From assembly GCA_017889265.1 (NCBI GenBank), contig JAGHEK010000013.1, positions 1 through 35,367 of the forward strand: a stretch of 35,367 bases of DNA, given 5' to 3'. Below are positions 1 to 8,683 of the stretch, in pieces. This DNA is from Romboutsia sp. (GTDB lineage: Bacteria > Bacillota > Clostridia > Peptostreptococcales > Peptostreptococcaceae). A program made the translations under genes and the position numbers. Below the pieces are notes generated by a model. That model had not been told where the DNA came from. It did no database searches and worked only from the letters and a program-made list of their open reading frames with translations. Positions within the stretch are counted from its first letter, which is position 1; each line of letters opens with the position of its first letter.

Positions 1-50
1 AACTTATACTACTAAATTAATAATACAATATATTTTTATGAAAATCAAGT

Positions 51-122
51 AAAAAAAACCTATCAGCAGGCTTACATCCTCCACCTCCTACGGTGAGGAA
101 GAGGAATTACGCCTTATAGGTT
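51..122 (-). terminator. Long imperfect stem-loop plus U-run; probable intrinsic terminator closing the leftmost sugar operon
   Basis: On the minus-strand RNA, outer stem 122-116 pairs with 57-63 (AACCUAU/AUAGGUU). GGC/GCC at 113-111 pairs with 69-71. An inner stem of about 11 bp pairs 105-93 with 77-88 (loop CGUA, one bulged A, one U-U mismatch, one G-U). A run of U follows (complement of A51-A58). The TAA stop of ORF 114..722 lies inside the stem. Confidence 0.5.
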
Positions 123-722
123 AAAAGAATAACATCCAAAGTCTCCTATAGTACCAGCAAATCTTCCTTTGTACTTACCTTTTTTGATGTAACTTCCTAA
201 AGCCTCCGTAGAATCTTCTATAACTTTTAAGTTATACTTATTAGCTACATCCATAAGTTTTTCCATATCAATAATATTTCCAAATATATGAACTATAATT
301 ATAGCTTTTATAACCTTATTAGTTTTTTTGTTAATTAAACGATTATTTTCAAATATACACTCATTTTCACAAAAATCTATTAGTTTATCTAAATCCATAT
401 TCAAAGTGTCATCGCAGTCCATAAAAATAGGTTCTGCTCCAACATACTTTACAGGATTTACTGTGGCTATAAATGTAAGAGTTGGAACTATTACTTCATC
501 ATTATTTGAAACATTACATAACCTTAAAACAAGATGAAGACAAGCCGTTCCACTCTGACAGGCAACAGCTTTCTCTACACCAAGATATTTAGAAATACTA
601 TCTTCAAAACTATTTATATACGAACCACCTGTAGAAACCCATTCTTTTTCTAGTGCATCATTTACATATTTTATTTCATTACCTTTTAAATTGGGTACCG
701 ATAATGGTATAAATTTATCCAT
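114..722 (-). pseudogene. DegT/DnrJ/EryC1/StrS-family sugar aminotransferase, N-terminal 202 aa only (stops just before the PLP-lysine motif)
   Basis: N-terminus IPLSVPNLKGNEIKYVNDALEKEWVSTGGSYINSFE...AVACQSGTACLHL...PTLTFIATVNP is typical of the family. The ORF ends ...GDFGCYSFNL*, where family members continue SFxxxK(PLP-Lys)xxxxGxGG (compare SFHPVKTVTTAEGG in the full-length PseC at 9438..10625). Only 113 nt remain to the window edge and they hold a hairpin plus T-run, not the missing ~170 codons. Confidence 0.65.
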
Positions 723-737
723 AAAATTCTTTCCTTT

Positions 738-1718
738 TTATAAGTTATATATATCCGATTTATATTTATCTATATTCTTTTTTAGAAACTCTATAGTTTC
801 TCTTAATCCTTCTTCTAGCGAATATTTAGGCTCCCAGTTAGTTAATTCTTTTATCTTTTTATTAGAACCAAGAAGTCTATTAACTTCACTATTTTCTGGT
901 CTTAGTCTAATTTCATCACAAACTATCTTTGCATTAGGATTTATTTGTTTTATAAGCTCCTCAGCTAATTCTCCAATAGATATTTCTTGTTGAGTAGCTA
1001 TATTTATCTCTTGTCCTATTGTCTTATCACTTTTTGCTATTTCTATAAATCCTCTAACAGTATCCTTTACATAATTAAAATCTCTGGTTGGTGATAAAGA
1101 ACCTAGCTTTATTTCCTGAGCACCAGATAATAATTGAGTAATAATAGTTGGAATAACTGCTCTAGCAGACTGTCTTGGTCCGTAAGTATTAAAAGGTCTA
1201 ACTATAGTAATTGGCATATTAAAACTTCTATAGAAAGATTCGGCTATTCTATCTGCCCCTATTTTAGTAGCAGAATACGGAGATTGTCCTTGATATGGAT
1301 GTTCTTCATCTATCGGTACATACTTGGCAGTACCATAAACTTCAGATGTAGATGTAACCAAAACTCTTTTAGTATTTAAATCTCTCGCTGCCTGTAAAAT
1401 ATTAAGAGTTCCTTTTATATTCGTATCAACGTATGAATCTGGAGAATGATAGCTAAACGGTATAGCTATAAGCGCTGCTAAATGATAAACTTCATCAATG
1501 CCTTTCATAGCTTCTCTTACTCCATTAGAATCTCTTATATCTCCAGAAAATATTTCTATTTTATCTAATTTTTCTTTAGGTAATGTATCCAACCAACCCC
1601 AAGAATTAAAAGAATTATAATAAACGAATGCTCTTACATCATATCCTTCATTTAATAATTCTTCTACCAAATGGCTTCCTATAAATCCATCTGCTCCTGT
1701 TACTAATACTTTTTTCAT
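738..1718 (-). CDS. Extended-SDR NAD-dependent sugar-nucleotide 4,6-dehydratase/epimerase (LegB-like)
   Basis: 326 aa. Has the Rossmann motif VLVTGADGFIGSH, the catalytic STSEVYG and YSATK (YxxxK) motifs, and YYNSFNSWGWLD, which I associate with the LegB-like subgroup. RBS AAGGTGA lies upstream. Gene order dehydratase then DegT aminotransferase matches legB-legC. Confidence 0.75.
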   Translation of the reverse strand: MKKVLVTGADGFIGSHLVEELLNEGYDVRAFVYYNSFNSWGWLDTLPKEKLDKIEIFSGDIRDSNGVREAMKGIDEVYHLAALIAIPFSYHSPDSYVDTNIKGTLNILQAARDLNTKRVLVTSTSEVYGTAKYVPIDEEHPYQGQSPYSATKIGADRIAESFYRSFNMPITIVRPFNTYGPRQSARAVIPTIITQLLSGAQEIKLGSLSPTRDFNYVKDTVRGFIEIAKSDKTIGQEINIATQQEISIGELAEELIKQINPNAKIVCDEIRLRPENSEVNRLLGSNKKIKELTNWEPKYSLEEGLRETIEFLKKNIDKYKSDIYNL

Positions 1719-1727
1719 AAAATCACC

Positions 1728-2837
1728 TTATTCTTCTTCATAAAATTCCATATGAACATCTCTTTTTACTATATCTTCTAGTAAATCACATATTCTTTCG
1801 TATGCATATTTTTCTTCATCCACATCAAAATACTCATCTATAGTCTCTTTAGGAACAGGGAACTCTATTTCCTTATTAGAATTATTAAATTCACAAAATT
1901 CTTCATACGTTCTAGTAAATTTTCCCGTGTTTAATAAATCATTATGCATATGATCTAATAAATCTATTGGTCTTATTATAGAACAATCTTTTTTCATAAA
2001 ATATATATCAGATATAGATGTACTATACCATATATGTATTTTATCACACACTTTTATCCAACTTCTTACAGTTTCATCTTTTATAATATGAAAATTACTA
2101 TATCTATTTTCTATATCCATTATATTCTCATCAACCGCTTCACTTGGATGTGGTCTATATATAAACTCACATTCATTTTCAACAATGTAATTTATAATCC
2201 ACTCTAATAACACTTTTCTAGTATTTTCTTCTAATTTTATCCTATCTTCAACTTCTATTTTACCATGTCTAACACTATAATACTCTTTTCTAGTACTAGT
2301 TAAATTAACCATACCAAAACTAGATATAAAAAGTATCCATTTTTTATTTTTATTAAGTCCGTATTCTACCGATATTTCTTCTTTAGTTTTATATAACGAC
2401 TCAAATCTATCTAAATCCATATCTATATTTAAACATCCAACTATCGGTGCATTTTCTTTTGAAATACCACCTTTCAAAAGCATATCTTGCATCCTCTTAC
2501 CCCAACATAAATGAATTGCATTTTTATTAATACCATCTGGAGTATGTAATTTTAGTTCATATTCATTGTTGCTAAAAATTTGTTCATACTGAAGATTAAC
2601 TATACGCTTTATCTTGCAATTAAATAATGATTTAAAAGTATCTAATTGCCATTCTTCGTAAAGATATGGAGTTAATATAGCATCTGGTTCAAAATCAAGT
2701 TTTTCTTTAGTTGCGTTATACATTCTAAACGGATCACATATATGTAATTCATGTCCTCTTCTATTCAACTCCGCTTTTAATAAATATGCATTTTGTAATT
2801 CTCTTTCCATTAACTCATAAAATAACACAAATTCCAT
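1728..2837 (-). CDS. Conserved hypothetical 369-aa protein, putative GT-B-like sugar or phospho-sugar transferase with RPHP motif; paralog of 12911..14017
   Basis: Long ORF with RBS AAAGGTAG. Well over half of positions are identical by eye to the 368-aa paralog (shared blocks ERELQNAYLLKAELN, DAILTPYLYE, KRIVNLQYEQI, NAIHLCWGK, NECEFIYRPHP, VRSWIKVCDKIH, EKYAYE). I recognised no other family signature. Confidence 0.5.
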   Translation of the reverse strand: MEFVLFYELMERELQNAYLLKAELNRRGHELHICDPFRMYNATKEKLDFEPDAILTPYLYEEWQLDTFKSLFNCKIKRIVNLQYEQIFSNNEYELKLHTPDGINKNAIHLCWGKRMQDMLLKGGISKENAPIVGCLNIDMDLDRFESLYKTKEEISVEYGLNKNKKWILFISSFGMVNLTSTRKEYYSVRHGKIEVEDRIKLEENTRKVLLEWIINYIVENECEFIYRPHPSEAVDENIMDIENRYSNFHIIKDETVRSWIKVCDKIHIWYSTSISDIYFMKKDCSIIRPIDLLDHMHNDLLNTGKFTRTYEEFCEFNNSNKEIEFPVPKETIDEYFDVDEEKYAYERICDLLEDIVKRDVHMEFYEEE

Positions 2838-2842
2838 ATATA

Positions 2843-4174
2843 CTACCTTTCAAATCTACAAAGTATATTTTCAAATATAATCTTATCACGACTATATATT
2901 TCTATCTTTTTATCAATTTCATAATTCAAATCATCAATTAACTGTTTCAATAAAATTTCTATAGGTTCTAGATAATTATCTGGTAAATTTTTTTTATCTT
3001 TAATATCCTTAATGAGACAATAGATATTGTCACAACTCTTGTACTTTAAAAATTTTTTATGACAAGATATTATTGATATAATTTGACTAATAACTTCAGA
3101 ATTTATCTTTTTTTCTTTTGTTATACTATTTAGTAAAATATCTAAATTTCTAATATTGTTATACTCCCTAGTATAAAACTGCTTCTTATAATTAAATTTC
3201 ATTCTATTATAAACATGCGGAGCATTGCACAAAATATCCATTTCAGTGATAATTTTACTTTCCAGTAAATCTACGCTACAGTTTATATATATATCCTCAA
3301 TATATTTTTTTAATTTATTTAATTTATACAAATCTCTTTTTTCATTTAGTAAGTTTATATATTTATTTATACATATTACGATATATTCTACTAATAAATT
3401 ATATAATTTAACATCTTCTATATTATTTAAAAGATTTTTAATTTCAATTAGTTCATCTGTAGTATAATTATAATTAAATTTAGTATTGTTTTCACTATCT
3501 TTAATTTCATAAGTACTTAATAGACAATAATTTTTATATCTTATGTAATCACAGCAAATAAAACTTTTTAATAGAAATAACTTACTAGAACGATGTATTA
3601 ATTCGTCAAAATAAACATTCTTACTTAAAATAAACATTCTTCTATATATATATATGTTTATATTCTCAATATCAATCTCTTTTATTAGTAATTTTTCTAA
3701 GTATTCCACTCCATTTATTATGTTATTATCTAAATAACGATCTTTACTAATAATTTCATACTTATCTTTTAATACAATATATTCATCATTCGTGTTTCTA
3801 TATTTATTAATGACTTTATAATCAACAGATAGTATTTGTAATTTATTTGACTCACATTCCTGATAATACATTTCCAATGCTTGAGATTCTAAAATATAAT
3901 TGCTATCTAAAAAAATTATATATTTACCTTTTGATAAGTTTATAGCGTCATTTTTACATTTATTTATAGTATGTTCATTTGAAAATAATATTTTTATATT
4001 TATATACTCATCAACAAAATACTTAATTTTGTTCATAAGTAGATCACTATCTATATGATTAGGTATACATAAAAATATTTCTATATCATTTAATGTCTGA
4101 TTCATAATACTATCAATACACTCAAGTAAATACTCGTCTATATTTATAACTTCAACTACAACACTTACATTCAT
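2843..4174 (-). CDS. GT-A (family-2-like) glycosyltransferase-domain protein with degenerate nucleotide-binding and DXD motifs, plus a ~200-aa helical C-terminal region
   Basis: 443 aa. The N-terminus VSVVVEVINIDEYLLECIDSIMNQTLNDIEIFLCIPNH...SKGKYIIFLDSNY follows the GT2 template (hhhhPxYN...LxSLxxQT..hEhhhVDDGS...GxYhxFhDSDD). The P-YN, DDGS and second DXD acid positions are replaced. RBS GGAGGGA. Confidence 0.55.
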   Translation of the reverse strand: MNVSVVVEVINIDEYLLECIDSIMNQTLNDIEIFLCIPNHIDSDLLMNKIKYFVDEYINIKILFSNEHTINKCKNDAINLSKGKYIIFLDSNYILESQALEMYYQECESNKLQILSVDYKVINKYRNTNDEYIVLKDKYEIISKDRYLDNNIINGVEYLEKLLIKEIDIENINIYIYRRMFILSKNVYFDELIHRSSKLFLLKSFICCDYIRYKNYCLLSTYEIKDSENNTKFNYNYTTDELIEIKNLLNNIEDVKLYNLLVEYIVICINKYINLLNEKRDLYKLNKLKKYIEDIYINCSVDLLESKIITEMDILCNAPHVYNRMKFNYKKQFYTREYNNIRNLDILLNSITKEKKINSEVISQIISIISCHKKFLKYKSCDNIYCLIKDIKDKKNLPDNYLEPIEILLKQLIDDLNYEIDKKIEIYSRDKIIFENILCRFER

Positions 4175-4188
4175 AACAGGTATCCCTC

Positions 4189-5634
4189 CTATAAATAATT
4201 TTTAATGTAATTACTGTATACTCTAAAATATGAGTTATAATTATCATCCATATTCATATACATCAAATATGATATATTCCTATTAACCAATGGGGATTCT
4301 TTAAATCTAAATTTTTTATTATTTTCTAAAATAAACAAATATTCTTTATATGCTGAATCATACATACAAGCTTCAAAGTTAAGAACTCCTAATCTGTAAT
4401 CTAAATCTTTATTGGTACTAACATCTGCCAAAGAAAAATTTCCTATGGAAATATTGCATATAAAATCTAACAAATCTTTTTCTTTAATTGAATATAAGTA
4501 AATCACTTCTGCCTTAAATACATCATTACAATAAATACTATTTAAAATAACATCCTTAATATTTTTGTAATCTTTTTGTTTAATCAGTAAAGATAAATAA
4601 ATATTATATAATTCCTCATTTTTATACTTTTCATATAGATCTTTAACTATCATAAATTTTTGTTTATCATTACGTATATATAAACCTAGTAAATAGTTAT
4701 TCTTTTCATACTCATTTTGTAGTGAATCAATATAATTTTTTATATCCCAATTGATATTAGAATTTAAAATACAGTCTAATGTAAATGTCTCATTAATACA
4801 TTTATCTATTAAGTATATATTTTTTCTGTTTTCAACAATTTTCTTATGATTATAAACATCTATGTTATTAGTAACTATAAAATCAGAATCTAAGCAACAT
4901 TCCTTTTCTAAAAATAAGTTAATATTTCTATCTAAAAAATGTTCAGTATAATAATTTACATTACTGTAATAAACAATTTTAGATCTATCTTTAAAAGGTA
5001 TCAAAGAACTTAATATATATAAATCACTATATACTAGTATAACATTACTATAATTTCTTAGTATGTACTCAACAATAACCATAATTTCACTAGAATTTAT
5101 CTCATACACATTAATATTATTTTCTTTATAGGATCTAGCATCATGTTTTAATAGATTATCATTTTTATCTATTCTTATTAAAACATTATTTTTATTTCTA
5201 ACATGTTCAAAAATCAAATCATCTTTATCTATATTAATCATTACAAAAGTATATAATTTTTCATTTAAAATATTTTCTATATCATTTTTTATAGAAACCA
5301 CTTCTTGAATTAAATCATTATCATCACTCAAAGCTATACATCTATCATAAAAATATAAAGCATCTTGTAAATTTCCCAACAGAACATTAAGATAACCCAT
5401 GTTATATAAAACATCAACATTAGAATTATCTATCTCAAAAGCCTTTAAAAAACTATCAACTGCTTCTGATAAATTATTTTCTCTAATAGCTACTATACCT
5501 TTCATAGAAAAATATGAAATATCTTCATTAGATAAAACTCCATATTTTTCAAGATATAATTTAGCATTTTCCAAATCATTTATATTAATTAAGTTTTCTA
5601 TTTCACTTTTTATTATTTCTAAATTATTTTTCAT
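4189..5634 (-). CDS. TPR-repeat protein with central alpha/beta-like region and C-terminal helical repeats; paralog of 15373..16938
   Basis: 481 aa. TPR-like helices in the N-terminal ~120 aa (AVDSFLKAFEIDNSNVDVLYNMGYLNVLLGNLQDALYFYDRCIAL). The central segment (VILVYSD...KIVYYSNVNYY...DFIVTNNIDVYN...NIYLID) alternates hydrophobic strands and helices. RBS GAAGAAGGG. Confidence 0.6.
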   Translation of the reverse strand: MKNNLEIIKSEIENLININDLENAKLYLEKYGVLSNEDISYFSMKGIVAIRENNLSEAVDSFLKAFEIDNSNVDVLYNMGYLNVLLGNLQDALYFYDRCIALSDDNDLIQEVVSIKNDIENILNEKLYTFVMINIDKDDLIFEHVRNKNNVLIRIDKNDNLLKHDARSYKENNINVYEINSSEIMVIVEYILRNYSNVILVYSDLYILSSLIPFKDRSKIVYYSNVNYYTEHFLDRNINLFLEKECCLDSDFIVTNNIDVYNHKKIVENRKNIYLIDKCINETFTLDCILNSNINWDIKNYIDSLQNEYEKNNYLLGLYIRNDKQKFMIVKDLYEKYKNEELYNIYLSLLIKQKDYKNIKDVILNSIYCNDVFKAEVIYLYSIKEKDLLDFICNISIGNFSLADVSTNKDLDYRLGVLNFEACMYDSAYKEYLFILENNKKFRFKESPLVNRNISYLMYMNMDDNYNSYFRVYSNYIKNYL

Positions 5635-5671
5635 TTTATAACCCTTCTTCTACAAAATAATTTATATTTAA

Positions 5672-5698
5672 TAATACGGTATTAATATATTTATTTTA
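5672..5698 (-). promoter_or_regulatory. Sigma-D/sigma-28-like promoter candidate for module copy B
   Basis: Minus strand reads TAAA-ATAAATATATTAATA-CCGTATTA (15-nt spacer), 38 nt upstream of the ATG at 5634. It lies just downstream of the pseI terminator. The same motif recurs at five other 5' regions in the window. Confidence 0.45.
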
Positions 5699-5719
5699 AC
5701 ACCAAAATAAATATAAATA

Positions 5720-5747
5720 CAAAAAAGAACTGTAAAAATTACAGTTC
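5720..5747 (-). terminator. Rho-independent terminator ending the module A-fliB-pse operon
   Basis: Minus-strand RNA GAACUGUAA-UUU-UUACAGUUC (perfect 9-bp stem, 5747-5727) followed by UUUUUU. It starts 8 nt after the pseI stop codon. Confidence 0.8.
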
Positions 5748-5755
5748 TCAAAAAA

Positions 5756-6796
5756 TTATTCAACCATATCAAACGATAAAGGAGTTCCTTTTTTCAAATC
5801 ATCATTAAACTTTTTACCCAAAACTTCATCATAATACTTAGTATGAAGTCCATATCCTGGTCTTATAGATCTTACATTCTCTTTAGTTATTATATCACCC
5901 TTTTTAACGTCTTTTACTATGAATAAAGATCTAGAAAACTCTCTACTTTTCATTTTCTTTTCATCTAGATCATAACTAACAATACCCATAGCTTTTTCAG
6001 CTTTTCTAACAGAATCAACCATAGCTTTAAACTCTTTTTTATCTAAAGAAAAATCTGCATCAGGTCCACCAATACTTCTGTCCAATATAAAATGTTTTTC
6101 TATAACCTTAGCCCCTAGTGCAACAGCTGTTATAGGAACCTCTATATCCATAGTATGATCAGAAAGCCCAACCGTAACACCAAATCTTTCTTTTAAATCG
6201 ACCATAGTATTTAAATTAGCATATTCTAATTTAGCAGGATACTGAGAAGTACATTTAAGTAAAATAATATTATCATTTCCTGCTTTTTTGCAAGTTTCTA
6301 CTGCTAGTTCTATATCATCTAAAGTAGCTATTCCTGTAGATATTATTATAGGTTTTCCTTTTGATGCAATATATTCTATAAGCGGTATATCGTTTATCTC
6401 AAAAGATGCTACCTTATATGCAGGTACTTCTAAATCTTCTAAAAAGTCAACTGCACTCTTATCAAAAGGACTAGAAAAACATACAAGACCTAAACTTTCT
6501 GCATATTCTTTTAATTCTTTTTGCCATTCCCATGGAGTATATGCTTCCTTATATAATTTATATAAAGTAGTTCCGTCCCAAAGTGTACCTTGGTTTATTT
6601 GAAAATACTCATTATCACAATCTATAGTTATAGTATCTGCTGTGTACGTTTGTAATTTTATTGCATCAGCTCCACATTCTTTAGCTGCTTTTATAGTTTC
6701 TTTCGCTGTGTTTATATCATGTCCATGATTAGCAGATAATTCTGCTATTATAAAACAAGGTGATTTATCATTTATCTTAAAATTTCCTATATTCAT
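5756..6796 (-). CDS. pseI: Pseudaminic acid synthase (NeuB family)
   Basis: 346 aa. NeuB signature CFIIAELSANHGHDINTAKETIKAAKECGADAIKLQTY and a C-terminal SAF-like domain (VKDVKKGDIITKENVRSIRPG). Sits in an operon with pseB, pseC and pseG. Confidence 0.85.
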   Translation of the reverse strand: MNIGNFKINDKSPCFIIAELSANHGHDINTAKETIKAAKECGADAIKLQTYTADTITIDCDNEYFQINQGTLWDGTTLYKLYKEAYTPWEWQKELKEYAESLGLVCFSSPFDKSAVDFLEDLEVPAYKVASFEINDIPLIEYIASKGKPIIISTGIATLDDIELAVETCKKAGNDNIILLKCTSQYPAKLEYANLNTMVDLKERFGVTVGLSDHTMDIEVPITAVALGAKVIEKHFILDRSIGGPDADFSLDKKEFKAMVDSVRKAEKAMGIVSYDLDEKKMKSREFSRSLFIVKDVKKGDIITKENVRSIRPGYGLHTKYYDEVLGKKFNDDLKKGTPLSFDMVE

Positions 6797-6806
6797 AAAA
6801 AACTCC

Positions 6807-7817
6807 TTAATAATTTAAAATGCTATCTACTATATTCTTGACACCATCATCATGTATAACATTTTTACTTAAATTATTCATTTTATACCTAGCTTCTTTA
6901 TTATCAATTAAAAAATTTACTTTTTCTAATAATTTATCTTTTCTTAAATCACTAAAATATCCCATATTAATCATAATACCTTTTTTATCAAACTCACAGG
7001 CTATATTTTCTTGATTTTCAGCTTGAACTATCAAAATAGCAGGGACTCCCACTTTACATAACTCATAAGCAGTACTTCCAGATGCAGATATAGCTATATC
7101 ATTATTTTTCATAATTTCAGAAATATTATCAGGGTTATATATTAAGTTTATATTATCATATTTTTTAGATATTTCCTGAATTTCATTGATACATTCAAAA
7201 GACTTACCAATTATCACATTGATATTTATGTTTAATTCTTTTATAGTATCTAGAATAAACGGAGTAAAATTATTTATATCACTTCCACCCATTGTAACAA
7301 GTATATTTTCTACTTTTTCTTTGACTCTAAAATTAAAGTCCTTTCTAAACTCCTCCCTAAGAATACAGTACCGACTACCTAATAATAATTTAGTGTCTTT
7401 ATCGATTAATTTATAATCTAAATTATTCGCATATATATTTCCATTTATTATTATATCACTAGGATAATTATATAAAGAATTATCGTCTATAGAGATAAGT
7501 ATCCTAACATATTGCTTAATTTTAAATAAATAATCATTACTTAGATTATATGAATCTGTTATGACACAATCTATATCATTATCTTTTATTATTTTTTCTA
7601 TTTCCAATATTTCGTCATCTAAATTATTAGAATTTATATTTATAAATTTGATACCTTGATTTATAAATATATCATTTACTTCTTTGCAAAATTTGGATAT
7701 AAAAAAAACTTCTATGTTTCGTTCTAAAAGTTCTTTTGCTATAGCTATGCACCTCATTATATGACCCATACCTATATTATTTCCACCATCAGCTCTTATA
7801 CCTATTGATTTAATCAT
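6807..7817 (-). CDS. pseG: UDP-2,4-diacylamido-2,4,6-trideoxy-beta-L-altropyranose hydrolase (PseG-type, GT-B fold)
   Basis: 336 aa. N-terminal IGIRADGGNNIGMGHIMRCIAIAKEL is the PseG signature (RAD...G.GH..R). Its start overlaps the upstream stop by 8 nt. No GNAT (PseH) domain is fused to it. Confidence 0.75.
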   Translation of the reverse strand: MIKSIGIRADGGNNIGMGHIMRCIAIAKELLERNIEVFFISKFCKEVNDIFINQGIKFININSNNLDDEILEIEKIIKDNDIDCVITDSYNLSNDYLFKIKQYVRILISIDDNSLYNYPSDIIINGNIYANNLDYKLIDKDTKLLLGSRYCILREEFRKDFNFRVKEKVENILVTMGGSDINNFTPFILDTIKELNININVIIGKSFECINEIQEISKKYDNINLIYNPDNISEIMKNNDIAISASGSTAYELCKVGVPAILIVQAENQENIACEFDKKGIMINMGYFSDLRKDKLLEKVNFLIDNKEARYKMNNLSKNVIHDDGVKNIVDSILNY

Positions 7818-8682
7818 TTATATATTCCTCTATAGAATAATCTTCTATTAGTAAAATGCTATCTTTCAATTTTAAATATAAACATTCTTTGTTATTAACT
7901 ACTTTTCCAATTTCTACATCATTATAATTTATAATATTACTATAATCTAAGCTTGCCTTCCATATTATAATTTTTTTATTATCATCAATTAAAAATGCCC
8001 CAGGATATGGTTTTGAAACAGCTCTTATAAGATTATAAATTTCTTTACCTGATTTATTTATGTCTATTAATCCATCTTCTGAAGTCCTTTTTCCAAAATA
8101 ACTTCCTTTGGATAAATCCTGCTTAATACCTTCATAAAACTTATCATTTTGTATTATTTTTATAGCTTTTAAAACTATACTAGGATATATATTTTTTACT
8201 TTTATTAATAAATCTTCTATATAATCATTTTCTTTTATGCATACCTTTTCTTGACATATTATATTACCAGTATCTATACCTTCTTCTATAAAATGAACTG
8301 TAACTCCCGTTTGTTTTTCTCCATTTATAATAGCCCAATTAAGTGGAGCTCTTCCTCTATATTTTGGTAAAATAGAAGCATGGGTATTTATACATCCATA
8401 TTTAGGTATACTAATGATTTCTTTCTTTAATATTTGTTCAAAATTAACAGACACTATTAAATCAATATTAAGTTTTTTTATATCTTGCAAAAATAAAGCA
8501 TTATTAATATTTCTTTCTTTATATAATACCAAATTATATTTATTAGCTATATCATCTACACCTCTATACCAATCATTAGCAGTATCTGTTATAACTACTC
8601 CTACAACTTCAATATTATTTTTTATAAGATTTTCTAGTGTTATAGCTCCTAATTCATGCCCTCCCATAAATAATATTTTCAT
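7810..8682 (-). CDS. Fmt/ArnA-like N-formyltransferase (probable sugar N-formyltransferase)
   Basis: Motif CINTHASILPKYRGRAPLNWAIINGEKQTGVTVHFIEEGIDTGNII carries the N-x-H...D catalytic triad and the SLLP-type loop of formyltransferases, followed by an Fmt_C-like tail. I chose the ATG at 8682 (RBS GAAGGTG 6 nt upstream). The track's 8691 start is a GTG inside that RBS. Confidence 0.8.
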   Translation of the reverse strand: MKILFMGGHELGAITLENLIKNNIEVVGVVITDTANDWYRGVDDIANKYNLVLYKERNINNALFLQDIKKLNIDLIVSVNFEQILKKEIISIPKYGCINTHASILPKYRGRAPLNWAIINGEKQTGVTVHFIEEGIDTGNIICQEKVCIKENDYIEDLLIKVKNIYPSIVLKAIKIIQNDKFYEGIKQDLSKGSYFGKRTSEDGLIDINKSGKEIYNLIRAVSKPYPGAFLIDDNKKIIIWKASLDYSNIINYNDVEIGKVVNNKECLYLKLKDSILLIEDYSIEEYIND

Positions 8683-8683
8683 A

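Larger units (their letters stand above)
1728..5634 (-). repeat. Module copy B: paralogous three-gene unit (TPR protein, GT-A-like protein, 369-aa RPHP protein)
   Basis: Same gene order and sizes as 12911..16953. The three protein pairs align end to end. There are identical DNA stretches, e.g. 2033..2061 = 13213..13241 (29 nt) and 2784..2807 = 13964..13987 (24 nt). Confidence 0.85.

Noticed and set aside
57-122. An alternative reading frame through the hairpin gives ...TVGGGGCKPADRFF..., reminiscent of the GGGG that follows the PLP-lysine in some DegT enzymes. This raised the idea of a simple frameshift.
   Set aside because: The Lys-to-GGGG spacing is wrong (about 9 residues instead of about 4) and an in-frame stop intervenes. 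The sequence after GGGG has no family similarity and stops after 23 codons. The GGNGGNGG string is more simply the purine arm of the stem.
2988-2995. A8/T8 homopolymer tracts inside glycosylation genes (2988..2995, 7701..7708, 13167..13174) as possible slipped-strand phase-variation switches like the poly-G tracts of Campylobacter.
   Set aside because: Runs of 7-8 A or T are expected by chance in DNA this AT-rich and also occur in housekeeping-type genes here. None is unusually long and the tracts are not conserved between the two module copies. A single sequence gives no evidence of length variation.
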